From Nemertoderma westbladi (taxonomy: Eukaryota; Animalia; Xenacoelomorpha): 64,000 nt of DNA. Position numbers and translations under genes: made by a program. Shown here in pieces: positions 47,130 to 60,796 of this stretch. The DNA lies in the NCBI GenBank assembly GCA_032718475.1, contig JAUCBJ010001237.1, forward strand, positions 1 through 64,000, written 5' to 3'. The notes below the pieces were generated by a model, which saw nothing but the letters and a program-made list of their open reading frames with translations, did not search any database and was not told where the DNA came from. The stretch's first letter is position 1. Each line of letters starts with the position of its first letter.

Positions 47130-50100
47130 CGGTAGGCCTATAATTCCATTGGCATTTGGTATGCATTGGTAGGTCTATGACCTGCATTGATAGGCCTATG
47201 ACGGTAGGACTATGACCTGCATTGGTAGGTCTATGAGTTATGACCTGTATTGGTAGGCCTATGACCTGCATTGGTAGACCTATGGCGGTAGGACTATGAC
47301 CTGCATTGGTAGGCCTATGGCAGCAGGACTATGGCATGTATTGGTAGGCATATGGCGGTAGGACTATGACCTGCATTGGTAGGCCTATGGCAGCAGGACT
47401 ATGGCATGTATTGGTAGGCCTATGGCGTTAGCACTATGACCTGCATTGGTAGGCCTATGGCGGCTGGTCTATGGCATGTATTGGTAGGCTTATGAGTTAT
47501 GACCTGTATTTGTAGGCCTATGAACTGTATTGGTAGACCTATGGCGGTAGGACTATGACCTGCATTGGTAGGCCTATGGCGGCAGGTCTATGGCATGTAT
47601 TGGTAGGCTTATGAGTTATGACCTGTATTGGTAGGCCTATGAACTGTATTGGTAGACCTATGGCGGTAGGACTATGACCTGCATTGGTAGGCCTATGAGT
47701 TATGACCTGTATTGGTAGGCCTATGACCTGCATTGGTACGCCTATGGCGGCAGGACTATGACATGTATTGGTAGGCCTATGAATTATGACCTGTATTGGT
47801 AGACCTATGAGTTATGACCTGTATTGGTAGGCCTATGGCCTGTATTGGTAGACCTATGGCGGTAGGACTATGACCTGCATTGGTAGGCCTATGAGTTATG
47901 ACCTGTATTGGTAGGCCTATGGCCTGTATTGGTAGACCTATGGCGGTAGGACTATGGCCTGTATTGGTAGGCCTATGGCGGCAGGACTATGGCCTGCATT
48001 GGTAGGCTTATGGCCTGTATTGGTAGGCCTATGGTGGTAGGCCTATGGCCTGCATTGGTAAGTCTACGGCCTGCATTGCTAGGCTTATGTCCTGTATTGG
48101 TACGCCTATGGTGGTAGGACTATGACCTGCCTTGGTAGACCTATGGCCTGCATTGGTAGACCTATGGCCTGTATTTTGGTAGGCCTATGGCGGTAGGACT
48201 ATGGCCTGTATTAGTAGGCCTACGTCCTGCATTGGTAGGCCTATGAGTTATGAGCTGCATTGGTAGGCCTATGGTGGTAGGACTATGACCTGCATTGGTA
48301 GGCCTATGGCGGCAGGACTATGGCATGTATTGGTAGGATTATGGCGGCAGGACTATGGTATGTATTGGTAGGCTTATGGCCTGTATTGGTAGGCCTATTG
48401 TGGTAGGCTTATGGCCTGTATTGGTAGGCCTATTGTGGTAGGACTATGGCCTGTATTGGTAGGACTATGGCCTGTAATGGCAGGACTACGGCCTGCATTG
48501 GTGGGCCTATGGCCTGTATTGGTAGGCCTATGGCCTGTATTGGTAGGCCTCTGGCCTGTATTGTTAGGACTATGGCGGTAGGACTATGGCCTGTATTGGT
48601 AGAACTATGGCCTGTATTGTTAGGACTATGGCGGTAGGACTATGGCCTGTATTGGTAGGCCTATGGCGGTAGGACTATGGCCTGTATTGGTAGGACTATC
48701 GCCTGTATTGGTAGGACTATGGCCTGTATTGGTAGGCCTCTGGCCTGTATTGTTAGGACTATGCCGGTAGGACTATGGCCTGTATTGGTATAACTATGGC
48801 CTGTATTGTTAGGACTATGGCATGTATTGGTATGCTTATGGCGGTAGGTCTATGGCATGTATTGGTAGGCTTATGTCTGTATTGGTAGGATTATCGCCTG
48901 TATTGGTAGGACTACGGCCTGTATTGGTAGGACTATCGCCTGTATTGGTGTAGGTCTATGGCCTGTATTGGTAGACCTATGGCCTGTATTGGTAGGCTTA
49001 TGGCGGTAGGACTACGGCATGTATTGGTAGGCTTATGGCGGTAGGACTATGGGCATGTATTGGTAGGCCTATGGCGTTAGGACTAAGGTATGTATTGGTA
49101 GGCTTGTGACCTGTATTGGTAGGAATATCGCCTGTATTGGTATGCCTATGGCGGTAGGCTTATGGCCTGTATTGGTAGGCCTATGGCTTGTACTGGTACG
49201 GCTATGGCATGTATTGGTAGGCTTATGGCTAGGCAGGGCTATGGCATGTATTGGTAGGATTATGCCTGTATTGGTAGGCCTATGGCGGTAGGACTATGGC
49301 CTGTATTGGTAGGCCTATGGCGGTGGGACTATGGCCTGTATTGGTAGGCTTATGGCCTGTACTGGTAGGCCTATGGCATGTATTGGTAGGCCTATGGCCT
49401 GTATTGGTAGGCCTATGGCGGTAGGACTATGGCCTGTATTGGTAGGCCTATGGCGGTAGGACTATGGCCTGTATTGGTAGGCCTATGAATTATGACCTGT
49501 ATTGGTAGACCTATGGCATGTATTGGTAGGCCTATGGCCTGTATTGGTAGGCCTATGGCGGTAGGACTATGGCCTGCATTGGTAGGCCTATGGCGGTAGG
49601 ACTATGGCCTGTATTGGTAGGCTTATGGCCTGTATTGGTAGGCTTATGGCCTGTATTGGTAGGCTTATGGCCTGCATTGGTAGGCCTATGGCGGTAGGAC
49701 TATGGCCTGTATTGGTAGGCCTATGGCGTTAGGACTATGGCCTGTATTGGTAGACTTATGGCCTGTATTGGTAGGCCTATGGCCTGTATTGGTAGGCCTA
49801 TGGCGGTAGGACTATGGCCTGTATTGGTAGGCCTATGGCGGTAGGACTATGGCCTGTATTGGTAGGCCTATGGCGGTAGGACTATGGCCTGTATTGGTAG
49901 GCCTATGGCGGTAGGACTATGGCCTGTATTGGTAGGCCTATGGCCTGTATTGGTAGGCCTATGGCGTTAGGACTATGGTATGTATTGGTAGGCTTATGGT
50001 CTGTATTGGTTGGCCTATGGCCTGTATTGGTAGGCCTATGGCCTGTATTGGTAGGCCTATGGCGGTAGGACTATGGCCTGTATTGGTAGGCCTATGGCGG

Positions 50101-51150
50101 TAGGACTATGGCCTGTATTGGTAGGCTTATGGCCTGTATTGGTAGGCCTATGGCCTGTATTGGTAGGCCTATGGCCTGTATTGGTAGGCCTATGGCGGTA
50201 GGACTATGGCCTGTATTGGTAGGCCTATGGCGGTAGGACTATGGCCTGTATTGGTAGGCTTATGGCCTGTATTGGTAGGCCTATGGCGGTAGGACTATGG
50301 CCTGTATTGGTAGGCCTATGGCATGTATTGGTAAGCCTATGGCGGTAGGACTATGACCTGCATTGGTAGGCCTATGGCGGTAGGACTATGGCCTGTATTG
50401 GTAGGCCTATGACCTGCATTGGTAGGCCTATGGCGGTAGGACTATGACCTGCATTGGTAGGCCTATGGCGGTAGGACTATTACCTGTATTGGTAGGCCTA
50501 TGGCATGTATTGGTAGGCTTATGGCGGTAGGACCATGGCATGTATTGGTAGGCCTATGAGTTATGACCTGTATTGGTAGGCCTATGGAATGTATTGGTAG
50601 GCTTATGGCCTGTATTGGTAGGCCTATGGCCTGTATTGGTAGGCCTATGGCATGTATTGGTAGGCTTATGGCCTGCATTGGTAGGCCTATGGCGGTAGGA
50701 CTATGGCATGTATTGGTAAGCTTATGGCGGAAGGACTATGGCCTGTGTTGGTAGGCCTATGGCGGTAGGACTATGGCATGTATTGGTAAGCCTATGGCGG
50801 TAGAACTATGGCCTGTATTGGTAGGCCTATGGCGGTAGGCTTATGGCCTGTATTGGTAGGCCTATGGCCTGTATTGGTAAGCTTATGGCCTGTATTGGTA
50901 GGCCTATGGCGGTAGGACTATGGCATGTATTGGTAGGCCTATGGCGGTAGGACTATGGCATGTATTGGTAAGCCTATGGCGGTAGAACTATGGCCTGTAT
51001 TGGTAGGCCTATGGCGGTAGAACTATGGCCTGTATTGGTAGGCCTATGGCTGTAGGACTATGGCCTGTATTGGTAGGCCTATGGCGGTAGAACTATGGCC
51101 TGTATTGGTAGGCTTATGGCGGTAGGACTATGGCCTTTATTGGTAGGATT
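47130..51150. repeat. Composite satellite built from 7-bp modules (21-bp and 14-bp units)
   Basis: Modules AGGCCTA, TGGCCTG, TATTGGT, TGGCGGT, AGGACTA, TGAGTTA in varying order. Confidence 0.95.
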
Positions 51151-52165
51151 ATATGGCTTATAGAAATTTGTTGGATGGGCAATTGCCCTCCTTGCCCCTT
51201 GTCCCGTACGCCTATTGGACTATTAATTGGTGACAAGTTACGCATTTCATATGTAACGTATTTTTGTCAAGAAAATATGTATACTTGTCCACAAATTTAC
51301 AGTATTCACGAAGTATAAGAAAATTATATAAGAAATATAATACTGAAATTTCAAGATATAATTTTTTTAAGCAAAGAAGAGGTTACAGAGGTTTTTCAAC
51401 ACATATAATTTTTTTACACTTTATACTTGGGTTTCCTGTCGCGATAAAATCGATGCTAATGTACTGTAAGTAGTTAGTTTTGATGAACTGCAAATTATAT
51501 GAGGATCACATATGTAATATATTTGCATAAACTTGTTTTGAATTCTTCATTTTCAATATATTATGACGCCACCTCTTCCAAAACAACACAAATTTTATTG
51601 ACAAGTCTACGTTTTTGTAGTTTGGAATTTACTTTCTCAGGTTGTGTATAATCACATTTGTACTACAATTTTACAATTTATATATGTTAAAGAGCAAAAA
51701 ATTAGCTTTCGAACGATACTTGAATGACTGAAATCCGTTCAGCGGTTCAAATTTTACAACTTTGACCAAAATATTGGCCTTTTAATTCCTTAAAGTGTTA
51801 TAAGTGCCATATATGTTCCGCAGATTAATTTTTATAAACGTTTTTGGGCATTATCATCAAGAAGGAATACAGGAAATATGGGTCGGTTTGAGAACAACTT
51901 ATATTTGGTTTTAAGTTTAAGTTACTCAAGTGAATCAATTTTGGAATATCTTTCATCAAACGCTCTGTAAAATTTGGATCGTAGATAAAAAAAAAAGGTT
52001 TGGTAAATTACAGCCAGAATTGAATCAGTTAGTTTAAGGGATTTAGGAAAGGAAAACTTGTAGTACAGACTACAGCACGTGTACACTGGGTAGTTCACTA
52101 CGCAGTTAACCTACTTACGTAGTTGTCAAGTAAACAGTTTTTTTTATACAAATAAATGGACTTAC

Positions 52166-52282
52166 TTGCGACGTTTGTTTGTCTCCGCGGAAAGTATTCG
52201 GATTCTATCACGCCCCCTAGAGGCTCGGCCCATATCCCGCACTTTCTCCAATCTCTCGAAGTCCATAAGCTTAAATTTCTCT
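52166..52282 (-). CDS. CEP126/KIAA1377-like upstream exon ((EKFKL)MDFERLEKVRDMGRASRGRDRIRILSAETNKRR)
   Basis: ctaac-tttag acceptor, ATG at 52266, donor AA|GTAAGT. AA+G joins the next exon as Lys. Resembles recalled CEP126 CRNRARKYFVESNRRKK. Confidence 0.75.
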
Positions 52283-52879
52283 CTAAAGTTAGTTTGAATA
52301 ATATTACAATTTAAGGGAAAATAATGAACAATTATTTATAATATAAGGTTAATAATAATAAAAAAAACAAAATAATTAACCAATAACTTTGAACGAGAAT
52401 AAAATTAACGCAAATATGACTAATTGACTCTAGTTTATTATTGATATAACATTGTGTTGGCAAGATGTATTTTTATACATAGTTTATACAGTGTATACAT
52501 AGTATACTAGTTTATTATGGCATAACTATAAAAATATGCAACTGTAATCTGCTCAATACCATTAATTGATAAGTATAACATTATTGATTCGTCGATTCGA
52601 TATGGTAAATGGTATTTGTGGAAAATAAATGTTATTGTTATTTGCGTAATTTTCCCCTGGGTGGGGTTCAATTGTTTTTCAACGCAATGCAATAAGTAAA
52701 TTAGCGCTTCCTTGGATTACAGCAGGGGCCTACTTATTAATCGTATCTTAGACTACTAAAATCAACGTTATTTCAATGCTTCCCACATGATTACTAACTG
52801 GTAAGGTAAGTTTTCAACCAAATTCTAAAATAATACTACACGACCTATTACATTACTACCGGTACCTCCTTATATCCAT

Positions 52880-53069
52880 CAAGCAAAGCAAACAGTCGGC
52901 CGAAGCCGGAGGCGACCCGAATGCTCCTCTTTCGATTTTGCTCCCAGTTATTTAACTGGAACTCATTTTATCGACTCCAGTGGATGAAAGGCTGAGTGGA
53001 CCCTGGCGGGACTGAACCTACAACCAATAGATTGCAGGCCCGGCGCTCAACCAAATGAGCTACCTCGCC
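52880..53069 (-). mobile_element. tRNA-derived SINE, family B
   Basis: A box TAGCTCATTTGG, B-box-like GGTTCAGTCCC, (TTGC)n-like tail, near-perfect TSD TTATATCCAT/TTATACCCAT. Confidence 0.8.
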
Positions 53070-53788
53070 TTATACCCATAGCCTATGTATTATAATTGAT
53101 ATAAAAAGGATACGAATACGATGACCCATGGAATCGATTGTGGTCGCTGTAGACCAAAGACGAATCGTAACTGTTCCGTCGTTCTAAAAGATGATGTTGT
53201 TCCGGCATCTTCTAGCTGAGTAGATCGGTTGCGCTAACCTTCGATGCGAAAAGAGCTGAGTGCCATTGAGGTGAAGTACAGCTTACCGGCGGGCCAATAA
53301 ACACCGAAACGGTTGAATTAATTACAACAATTTATAGGCCTACCCGCTAGCGGTATAATAATAAATCGCGTTCAATTTCAACTAAAATTATGCTGGTTAA
53401 ATAAAACCAACAAAGATTAATAACGTTCTACGTCCTTTGTGGAATTAGGTTATATGTCCATTAGAGAGACAAGTAGAGTATTCCACAGCCTATAACTGTA
53501 TATAGGTTTTTAAAAGTTCACACAGTGAGAGAAAAACCACTGGTACGTAAACTGCTTATAGCGCATCACAATCACACATCAATCAATCAGTTTACACAAT
53601 CACAATCAAACAATGCGTACCGGTACATTAAATATCTGCTGCCATACAAGCCAGACCACATGGACTGTAATTGGTGAAGTTGCCACGATCAGACGATGTA
53701 CGACGACATGGCGACGTAGGCCTATTATGCTACCGGTATCAGATAGCTGATAAATTGAAGTATTGTGCTGCCAAGTCAAGATTCCTTA

Positions 53789-53801
53789 GTTGCATAGCAA
53801 C
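53789..53801. promoter_or_regulatory. Possible RFX X-box
   Basis: GTTGC-ATA-GCAAC palindrome 1.5 kb upstream of the first identified exon of a centrosomal/ciliary-type gene. Confidence 0.4.
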
Positions 53802-55874
53802 AAGAATGAAAACAACTTACATTGCTGATTAATATTGAGGGATTTTATTTTAAATAACGCATTGTTAGATTATAGATTTAAACTATGTCACCTAATGCAA
53901 TAATGCATATGAAAGGCGTTGGGGAGTATTGAGTTAAAATTAAACACACTCCAGGGCAAAATAATAGATAATTGCGAGCACAAAGGAAAATGTAACCTGC
54001 TCTGCTCTCTTGACTCGCACTTAGTGTTTTGTTAGAATAATAGAAATAGCTTGCCAATATAAACCCCTTCCCGTTATTTTATAGTCGGGATCCAAGAAAC
54101 GACCCTGATGCGAAGTGACAGTCATCCATCCATGTAGGTTGAGAGGGAGAAGGTCGTGTCTGAAAACCAGCATTTTTACTTTTTAGTCCGGCAGATATTT
54201 CGGTACCTCGCATGGGGATAATGGTGCAAAATGACCGAAAACACGAACTATGTGTGTAGATGGTTTAAAAAATTAATTTAATTTAAAACATTAAGTGAAA
54301 GGATCAGGTTACAATGGTGGTGTTTTCTAACCAAAACAATAAACGAAACTTTATTTTACTTGCGGTCAATTTGAAACACGTTCGAAGGGCCTTCGCGTAG
54401 CACGTAATCCTGAGAAGCTGTACAGATTCATACCAAGTTAGGTATAATTTCATCAATGATTGACCGACTTATTTCGGTTTTTATCAAAAGGCTGAAACTA
54501 CTGGTAAAGACTGAAAGACTGTCTGATTTTTGACCAAACTTCAGAATCTTTCTAAACCTTTGACAGACCACAAGTTTACCAAGTTTGGTTATACAGTATC
54601 AATCAATCAATCAATCCGGAATGATGCCCCGGTGGCTTTAATGATATACAATTTTGTAAATTATATTATTTATAGCACACAACTAAGAACTAACTACAGT
54701 ACTACTAACTAATATAATATAGCCTACTACAAGATTAATACACTAATAATAATAACTACACAATACTACTACTGCATTGCATATAGTCAATCAGGGGCGA
54801 ACAAGCGAACTTATGATACGCCCATGAAAGACATTAAATAATTATCTTAATAACGTACCAAACGGTATGGTAATTTGAAAATAATAATAATGTAGAGTCT
54901 GCGACCCTCAGAGATCAAATATTTACTCTATCAACAAAAATGAAAGATAATATAATTTTAATTGTTTGCAACGAAATGTTGTGACCTCAAAACAAGTAAA
55001 ACAGTTTAAAACTATGCATTGCTATTGTGATTTAGAAATGCTGTTATTGTACCCTTATGGTGTAATTTTTGATTGACTTCCTGAACATGTTATAGCAGAT
55101 CCCTTGAAGTGTTTAAGATCAAATGGTAGATCATTCCATAGTGAAAGGCCCATATAGAAAAGGTTAGCTCTGGAGTAGTTAGTTCTCAGAGTCGGTAGTC
55201 TGTAATCATTTTGGCGTCTAGTGTGTCTGCCATATTGCAAATCATTTTCAAGTTCAGTTGCGGTGGTAAAAACGAGTATCATCCCATATTGAGTTTGTAT
55301 ATGAGCTTTATATTTTGGAAATTATATAGCGAATTCAGAGTCAATAATTTTAAATCTGAGAATAGTGGTGCAGTGTGGTATCTGTAAGGCTTTAGGCATG
55401 TGACCCTAATTGCCCTCTTTTGCAATTTAAATAATTTTCCAAGGTTTGTGTTGTTAGTATTACAGTTGCCCCAGATACTCAATGCATATGTAATGTAAGA
55501 TATGGCTCAATTAAGGTATTATATAACGTTTTACGGATTTGAAATGGGATAAAGTGCTTAATTTTATTAATTACGCCGATTTTTTTTTGCAATTTTTACA
55601 CGAATGGTATCAATATGAAAGTTCCAAGTTAAGTTAGCAGAAAAGTGTACACCAAGGAATTTGATGTTCTCCGTTTTTGAAATATAATTGTTTCCAATGG
55701 ATATAGGGTACCGGTAGTTTAAATTTTGGGTAATACAGCGCAGCTTAAATATCATATATTTTGTTTTCTTGATATTCAAGGATAGTTTGTTAATACTCAA
55801 CCATTCGTATATATGTGAAATTTCACCATTTAAAGTATTTACAACCTGATCTATGTTCTTCCCAGAAATAAATA

Positions 55875-57015
55875 CTACTAGGATCGGCATGCTGCATTGC
55901 AGCTGCATTTTTAAGAATGCTGTGCCGGCTTATCGACAAAATTGCACCGCCACAACTCCCTATCACCCATGACATTTGCTAGATCATCCGCATCTTCAAG
56001 GCCAGTGTCCTTTAAGATGCGTCTCAAGAAAGTCATGGGCTGTCCACCATGCTTATTCACTCCATGAGGCTGCCAAAGTACAAGATTATGCACTGGCTGG
56101 TACTCACGGCGAAAGCAATGTCCTGCAAAGCGGAGGCGATTTTGTTCTAGTGTCAAGCTTGGGGGAACCAATGAGACACCTCCAATGTTATACAGTGGCT
56201 GGTTGGAGATGTGTGCATTGTACTTAAAGTAAAAAGTAAAGTAAATTTTCTTCGGCCGCTAGGCCAGGGATTACGCACAAAGTCTGACGACTTATTTCCA
56301 GTGCGGTCCCCCCAGAACTTTACTCCCCAGAGGAAACTCCAGTACTCATTTAGCTACCACTTAAGGATGCAAGGCAGAGATGCGCCCTGGCTGGTCCCTT
56401 TAAAGCATTCGTGCCGAAACGAAAACTGCCCTGGCCCATGTGAGGATCGAACCCACGACCTACGGGAGATGTGAATTCAATGCGACCACTACACCAAGGT
56501 GGAACCTAAATTTGACACATTGAACCCGGCGTAGCATTCTTGTGAATGTGCCATCCAGAGATTTGGTGTCCTCAGCAGTTAGAGCCCAGCATGGACTCCC
56601 ATAGAGGAGTAATGGAACTACTGCTGCTCTAAATAATCGGACCTTAAGTTTCCGATTAATTCTCGGTGACTTCCAAATCCTGGAAAGCCTATTCAAGGCT
56701 GCCCATGCCTTTCCCTTACGTATTCGAAGGTCCTCACCTGACTTCCGGATCCATGATCTCAGGTAACAGAAGTCATCCACATGCTCAAGCATACCATCTT
56801 TTGAGCTTATGCTCATCCGATCAGAGACTTGCTGAGGACTTTTAAAGTTAACTGTCAAAATTTTGGTCTTTCTGGAGTTAATAAAAATACCAACACTAGA
56901 AGCAGCATGTTCTAATGAGCTGAGGAGCCGTTGGGCTCCCTCTAGTGATTCTGAGAGTACTCCTAAGTCATCAGCAAAGTCTAGATCAGTTAGGTACTTG
57001 GCAGGATTTCCTCGA
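55875..57015 (-). mobile_element. 5'-truncated RTE-clade LINE
   Basis: 12-bp TSD CAGAAATAAATA (55863-55874 and 57016-57027); DLDFADD, LLYG, RLRFAGH motifs; TAG-repeat tail. Confidence 0.9.
56225..56506 (-). mobile_element. tRNA-derived SINE, family A, inserted in the RTE
   Basis: A box TGGTGTAGTGG, B box GGTTCGATCC, (TTTAC)n-like tail; the RTE frame resumes across it. Confidence 0.85.
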
Positions 57016-57622
57016 CAGAAATAAATAGATTGGTATCATCAGCAAATATAATAAATTTAAGAATTTCGGAGCAATTAACAATATCATTAATATATAATAA
57101 GAACATTAGTGGCCCCAGTATGGACCCCTGGGGTACGCCACACTTAATTTCTAGAGGGCTAGAAAGTGTTCCACCGAGGTCAACATATTGATACCTACAA
57201 TGGAGATAACTTTCAAACCATTTTAACGGCATGCCACGTATGCCATAGTGTTCTAGCTTTTTTAGAAGAATGGAATGATTTACTGTATCAAAGGCTTTGC
57301 TAAAGTCCAGGAATATCCCTATTGTGATATCTTTATTTTGTACAGCATCAGATAGATTTGACTGAAGAAGGGTGAGGGCGGTAATTGTAGATTTTTTAGG
57401 TTGAAATTCAAATTGGTCGTCTGTTATAACTTTGTTATCGGCCAAAAATTTCATCATTTGCAAACTAACTGATTTTTCTAGAATTTTTGAAAATAGGGGT
57501 AGAATGCTGATTGGACGATAGTTACCAAACTGATTGTCTTCACCATTTTTCTAAATTGGTACAACACGGGCAATTTTCATCAAATCAGGAAAAATACCAA
57601 GATATAATGATTGGTTTATTAT

Positions 57623-60335
57623 CGTCACCTTCAAGGCAGAACCCCCTAAGTCGATTTTTGTAGTTCTGAGATAATCGATAAAAACTGTTTATTTTTTAAA
57701 GAGATGCCTCAGTTTACTTGTTATTGTGTTTTTTGATAACTAAATATATATAGAATTCATATAACTAAACTTTCAATTTGATTTAGAATAACCTTTGAAA
57801 TATATTGCGGTTTTTATGTAAAAATTCGGACTTATGGTGTTTTGCCAAAACAAGGGGGAACACCATTTTCTGGTATTATCCCGTAACTATACGATAGTTG
57901 CGGGGTATTGCCTAGAAAACAAGGTATCCTCAATTTGGTAAAACACCATAAGTCCGAATTTTTACAAAAAACACGCAAAATATATCAAATAATAGCCAAG
58001 GCGTATCGTACGTCCTTAATTATTTAGTGCGTAGTGCGCACGTAATACATGTGCGCATTTGTTATTAGCTAATACGTGCTATCTAACATGTTAACTAGCA
58101 CATGATCAGGTGTTAGTATTACCTGTAAACGCAATAATAACAAATAATCACATACAATATAGCTAACATACACGCACATGTTGGAAATTGTTGAATTCAA
58201 AATTCTAAAGGGCTCCATAAGTTTTTGATATTTTGGTATTAATTGCTTCTAAAATAAGTACGGGACTGTAGTTAGAATCATGTATCAATACAAATTGAAC
58301 AAAATGTAGCCAAATGCAGAACTATAAGAAGAAAATTTAGATTCAAGAAAGCGGAACTCTAAGTACAAAATATAGCCATGGGTGGTACTCTACAGTAAGA
58401 ACAAAGTCTAGCTACAGGGTTACAGCTACGTTAAAGTAAAGTTCACTTACATTACGTCATGACGAATAATTAAAGACCTGTTTTTTCTACAGTACGTGGC
58501 AACATTCTGAGCAACTCTATCAGCAACTTAGTAAGCATTTCAGGTTGCCGATCAAGTTGCTCTATGTAAACGCGAACTTTGTTGCTGTTAAAGATGCCTC
58601 ATATAACGGAGACTAAAAGTTAATGTTGCTCAAATTAAGTTGCTAGTTGCTGACCAAATTGTCCAAAACGTCCGGCAACCTAGAGTAACTTATAGCAACT
58701 TGGACAAAAACAAAATGAGGGATAGATATTTATCAGCGCCACAAACATTAAATGAGGGATAGATATTTATCAGCGCCACAAACATTAATGTGGGACAAAC
58801 ATTAATCAGGGTGACAAACATTAATGTGGGACATAAACATTGATGTAGGACACAAACATTAATGAGGGACACAAACATTAATGAGGGACACAAATATTAA
58901 TGAGGGACACAAACATTAATGAGGGATACAACATTAATGAGGGACACAAACATTAATTGAGGGACACTAACATTAATGAGGTACACAAATATTAATGAGG
59001 GACACAAACATTAATGAGCGACACAAACATTAATGAGGGACACAAACAATAAACGAGGGACAGATATCAATCAAGGGCACAAACATTAATGAGGGATACA
59101 AACATTAATGAGGGACACAAACATTAATGAGGGACGCAAAATTTAATGAGGTACACAAACATTAATGAGGGACACAAACATTAATGAGGGACACAAACAA
59201 TAAACGAGGGACAGATATCAATCAAGGCCACAAACATTAATGAGGGATACAAACATTAATGAGGGACACAAACATTAATGAGGGACGCAAACATTAATGA
59301 GGTACACAAACATTAATGAGGGACACAAACATTAATGAGGTACACAAACATTAATGAGGGACACAAACATTAATGAGGGACACAAACATTAATGAGGGGC
59401 ACAAACATTAATGAGGGACACAAACATTAATGAGGGTCACAAACATTAATGAGGGACACAAACATTAATGAGGGACACAAACATTAATGAAATACACAAA
59501 CATTAATGAGGGACACAAACAATAAACGAGGGACAGATATCAATCAAGGGCACAAACATTAATCATGGGCACTATCGCCCTTCGCACTTAGTATGATTCA
59601 TGTTACCACCCATATACATACAATATATTACAGTATTACAATTCTCATTACTGTCAAGCAATAAAATAACAACAATAAATAATAACATATTAATCTGACC
59701 AAACCAATAAACTATGTTATTGCCAATTGAAGGAAAGGATCAGGTTACAGAGATGTTTTTTCTAACCAAAACAATAAACGATGTTGTTAGTAAAAAGGGA
59801 AGGAGTAGGAGTAAAAAAATGATGAACATGAGGGGGAGATAGGAATCGGGGAGGGGGGGGGGGGGGGGGGTAAAATGAATGGTGGTGGTAGGAGGTAAAT
59901 TGAAAATATGGGGGTATACCAGCCGGGGTGTGGGTGGGGGGGGGTCAATAATGTTTGTGTCCCTCATTAATATTTGTGTCCTGGCCGCAATACAAACCAG
60001 TATAAATGATAAATTACGGGGTTTTGCCAGGCTATTGTTTCTGATTTACGGGGTTTTACATGATGTTATTTCTAATTTAAGGGGTTTTGCCAGGTGGACT
60101 GAATTTCATATACTTGAATTTACGGTGTTTTGCAAGCCAATTATAGACTTGGGGGGTTCTGCCTCGAAGTGGGCATAAGTTACGGGGAACTGTCTTTGGC
60201 TTATAACTCAAAAATGGCTGGTAGAAAAGCTTCGGGGTTCTGCCAGACGAAAAAGCCGATATCGAATTACCCAAAAAGTCAAAAACATGAAAATCGAAAA
60301 AAATCGACTTAGGGGGTTCTGCCTTGAAGGTGACG
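57623..60335. mobile_element. Non-autonomous DNA transposon with ~37-bp TIRs and 4-bp TSD TTAT
   Basis: CGTCACCTTCAAGGCAGAACCCCCTAAGTCGATTTTT inverted at both ends. Removing it restores the LINE peptide EHPLTHI|INQSL. Confidence 0.9.
58720..59570. repeat. 19-bp minisatellite ACAAACATTAATGAGGGAC
   Basis: Directly visible tandem array; inverted copies at about 59948-59981. Confidence 0.95.
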
Positions 60336-60796
60336 TTATATGAGTTAGGGGATGTTCAATATTTACAAAATTATTGACAGCAATTATTGGATCAACTCCG
60401 TCTGAACTGATTGCTTTCGATTTACTTATACTTGATGCAATGTCACATACATCATCAATAGTTAACGGGGAAAATAAAATAGAATTACAGGTTGGTGTAC
60501 CCATGGTATTACTGTATATAGAGAACCGCATACTAATGGTATATCTTTTGCCAGATTTAATCCAACATTACTGAAGAAATTGTTAAAACCATTTGCAATA
60601 TCAATTTTATTGGAACTAGGGCAATTGTTAATAATGAAAGAGTCAGGGTATCTCAAAGTTGTATTTTTCCTATTAATCAGTTCTTTGATTACTGTCCATG
60701 TTTTGCTAATATTATTTCTATGCGTATTAAATAACTTTGAGTAGTAATTTTGTGTTGCTTGTGTTAAGGTTTTGGTTAAAATATTTTTGTACATTA

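Larger units (their letters stand above)
55040..60796 (-). mobile_element. Decayed CR1-group LINE split by RTE, SINE and DNA-transposon insertions
   Basis: ORF fragments with DFSKAFD, GVPQGSILGP, FADD, KFLG and LQKRAIR; stops and frameshifts present. Confidence 0.9.

Noticed and set aside
52866-52879. Micro first exon ATGGATATAAGGAG|GTACCG for the CEP126-like gene
   Set aside because: The phase fits, but the donor is weak and the sequence coincides with a SINE TSD; insufficient support.
53005-53069. tRNA genes (also at about 42780-42858 and 56430-56506)
   Set aside because: Imperfect cloverleaves followed by SINE bodies and tails; called SINE heads instead.
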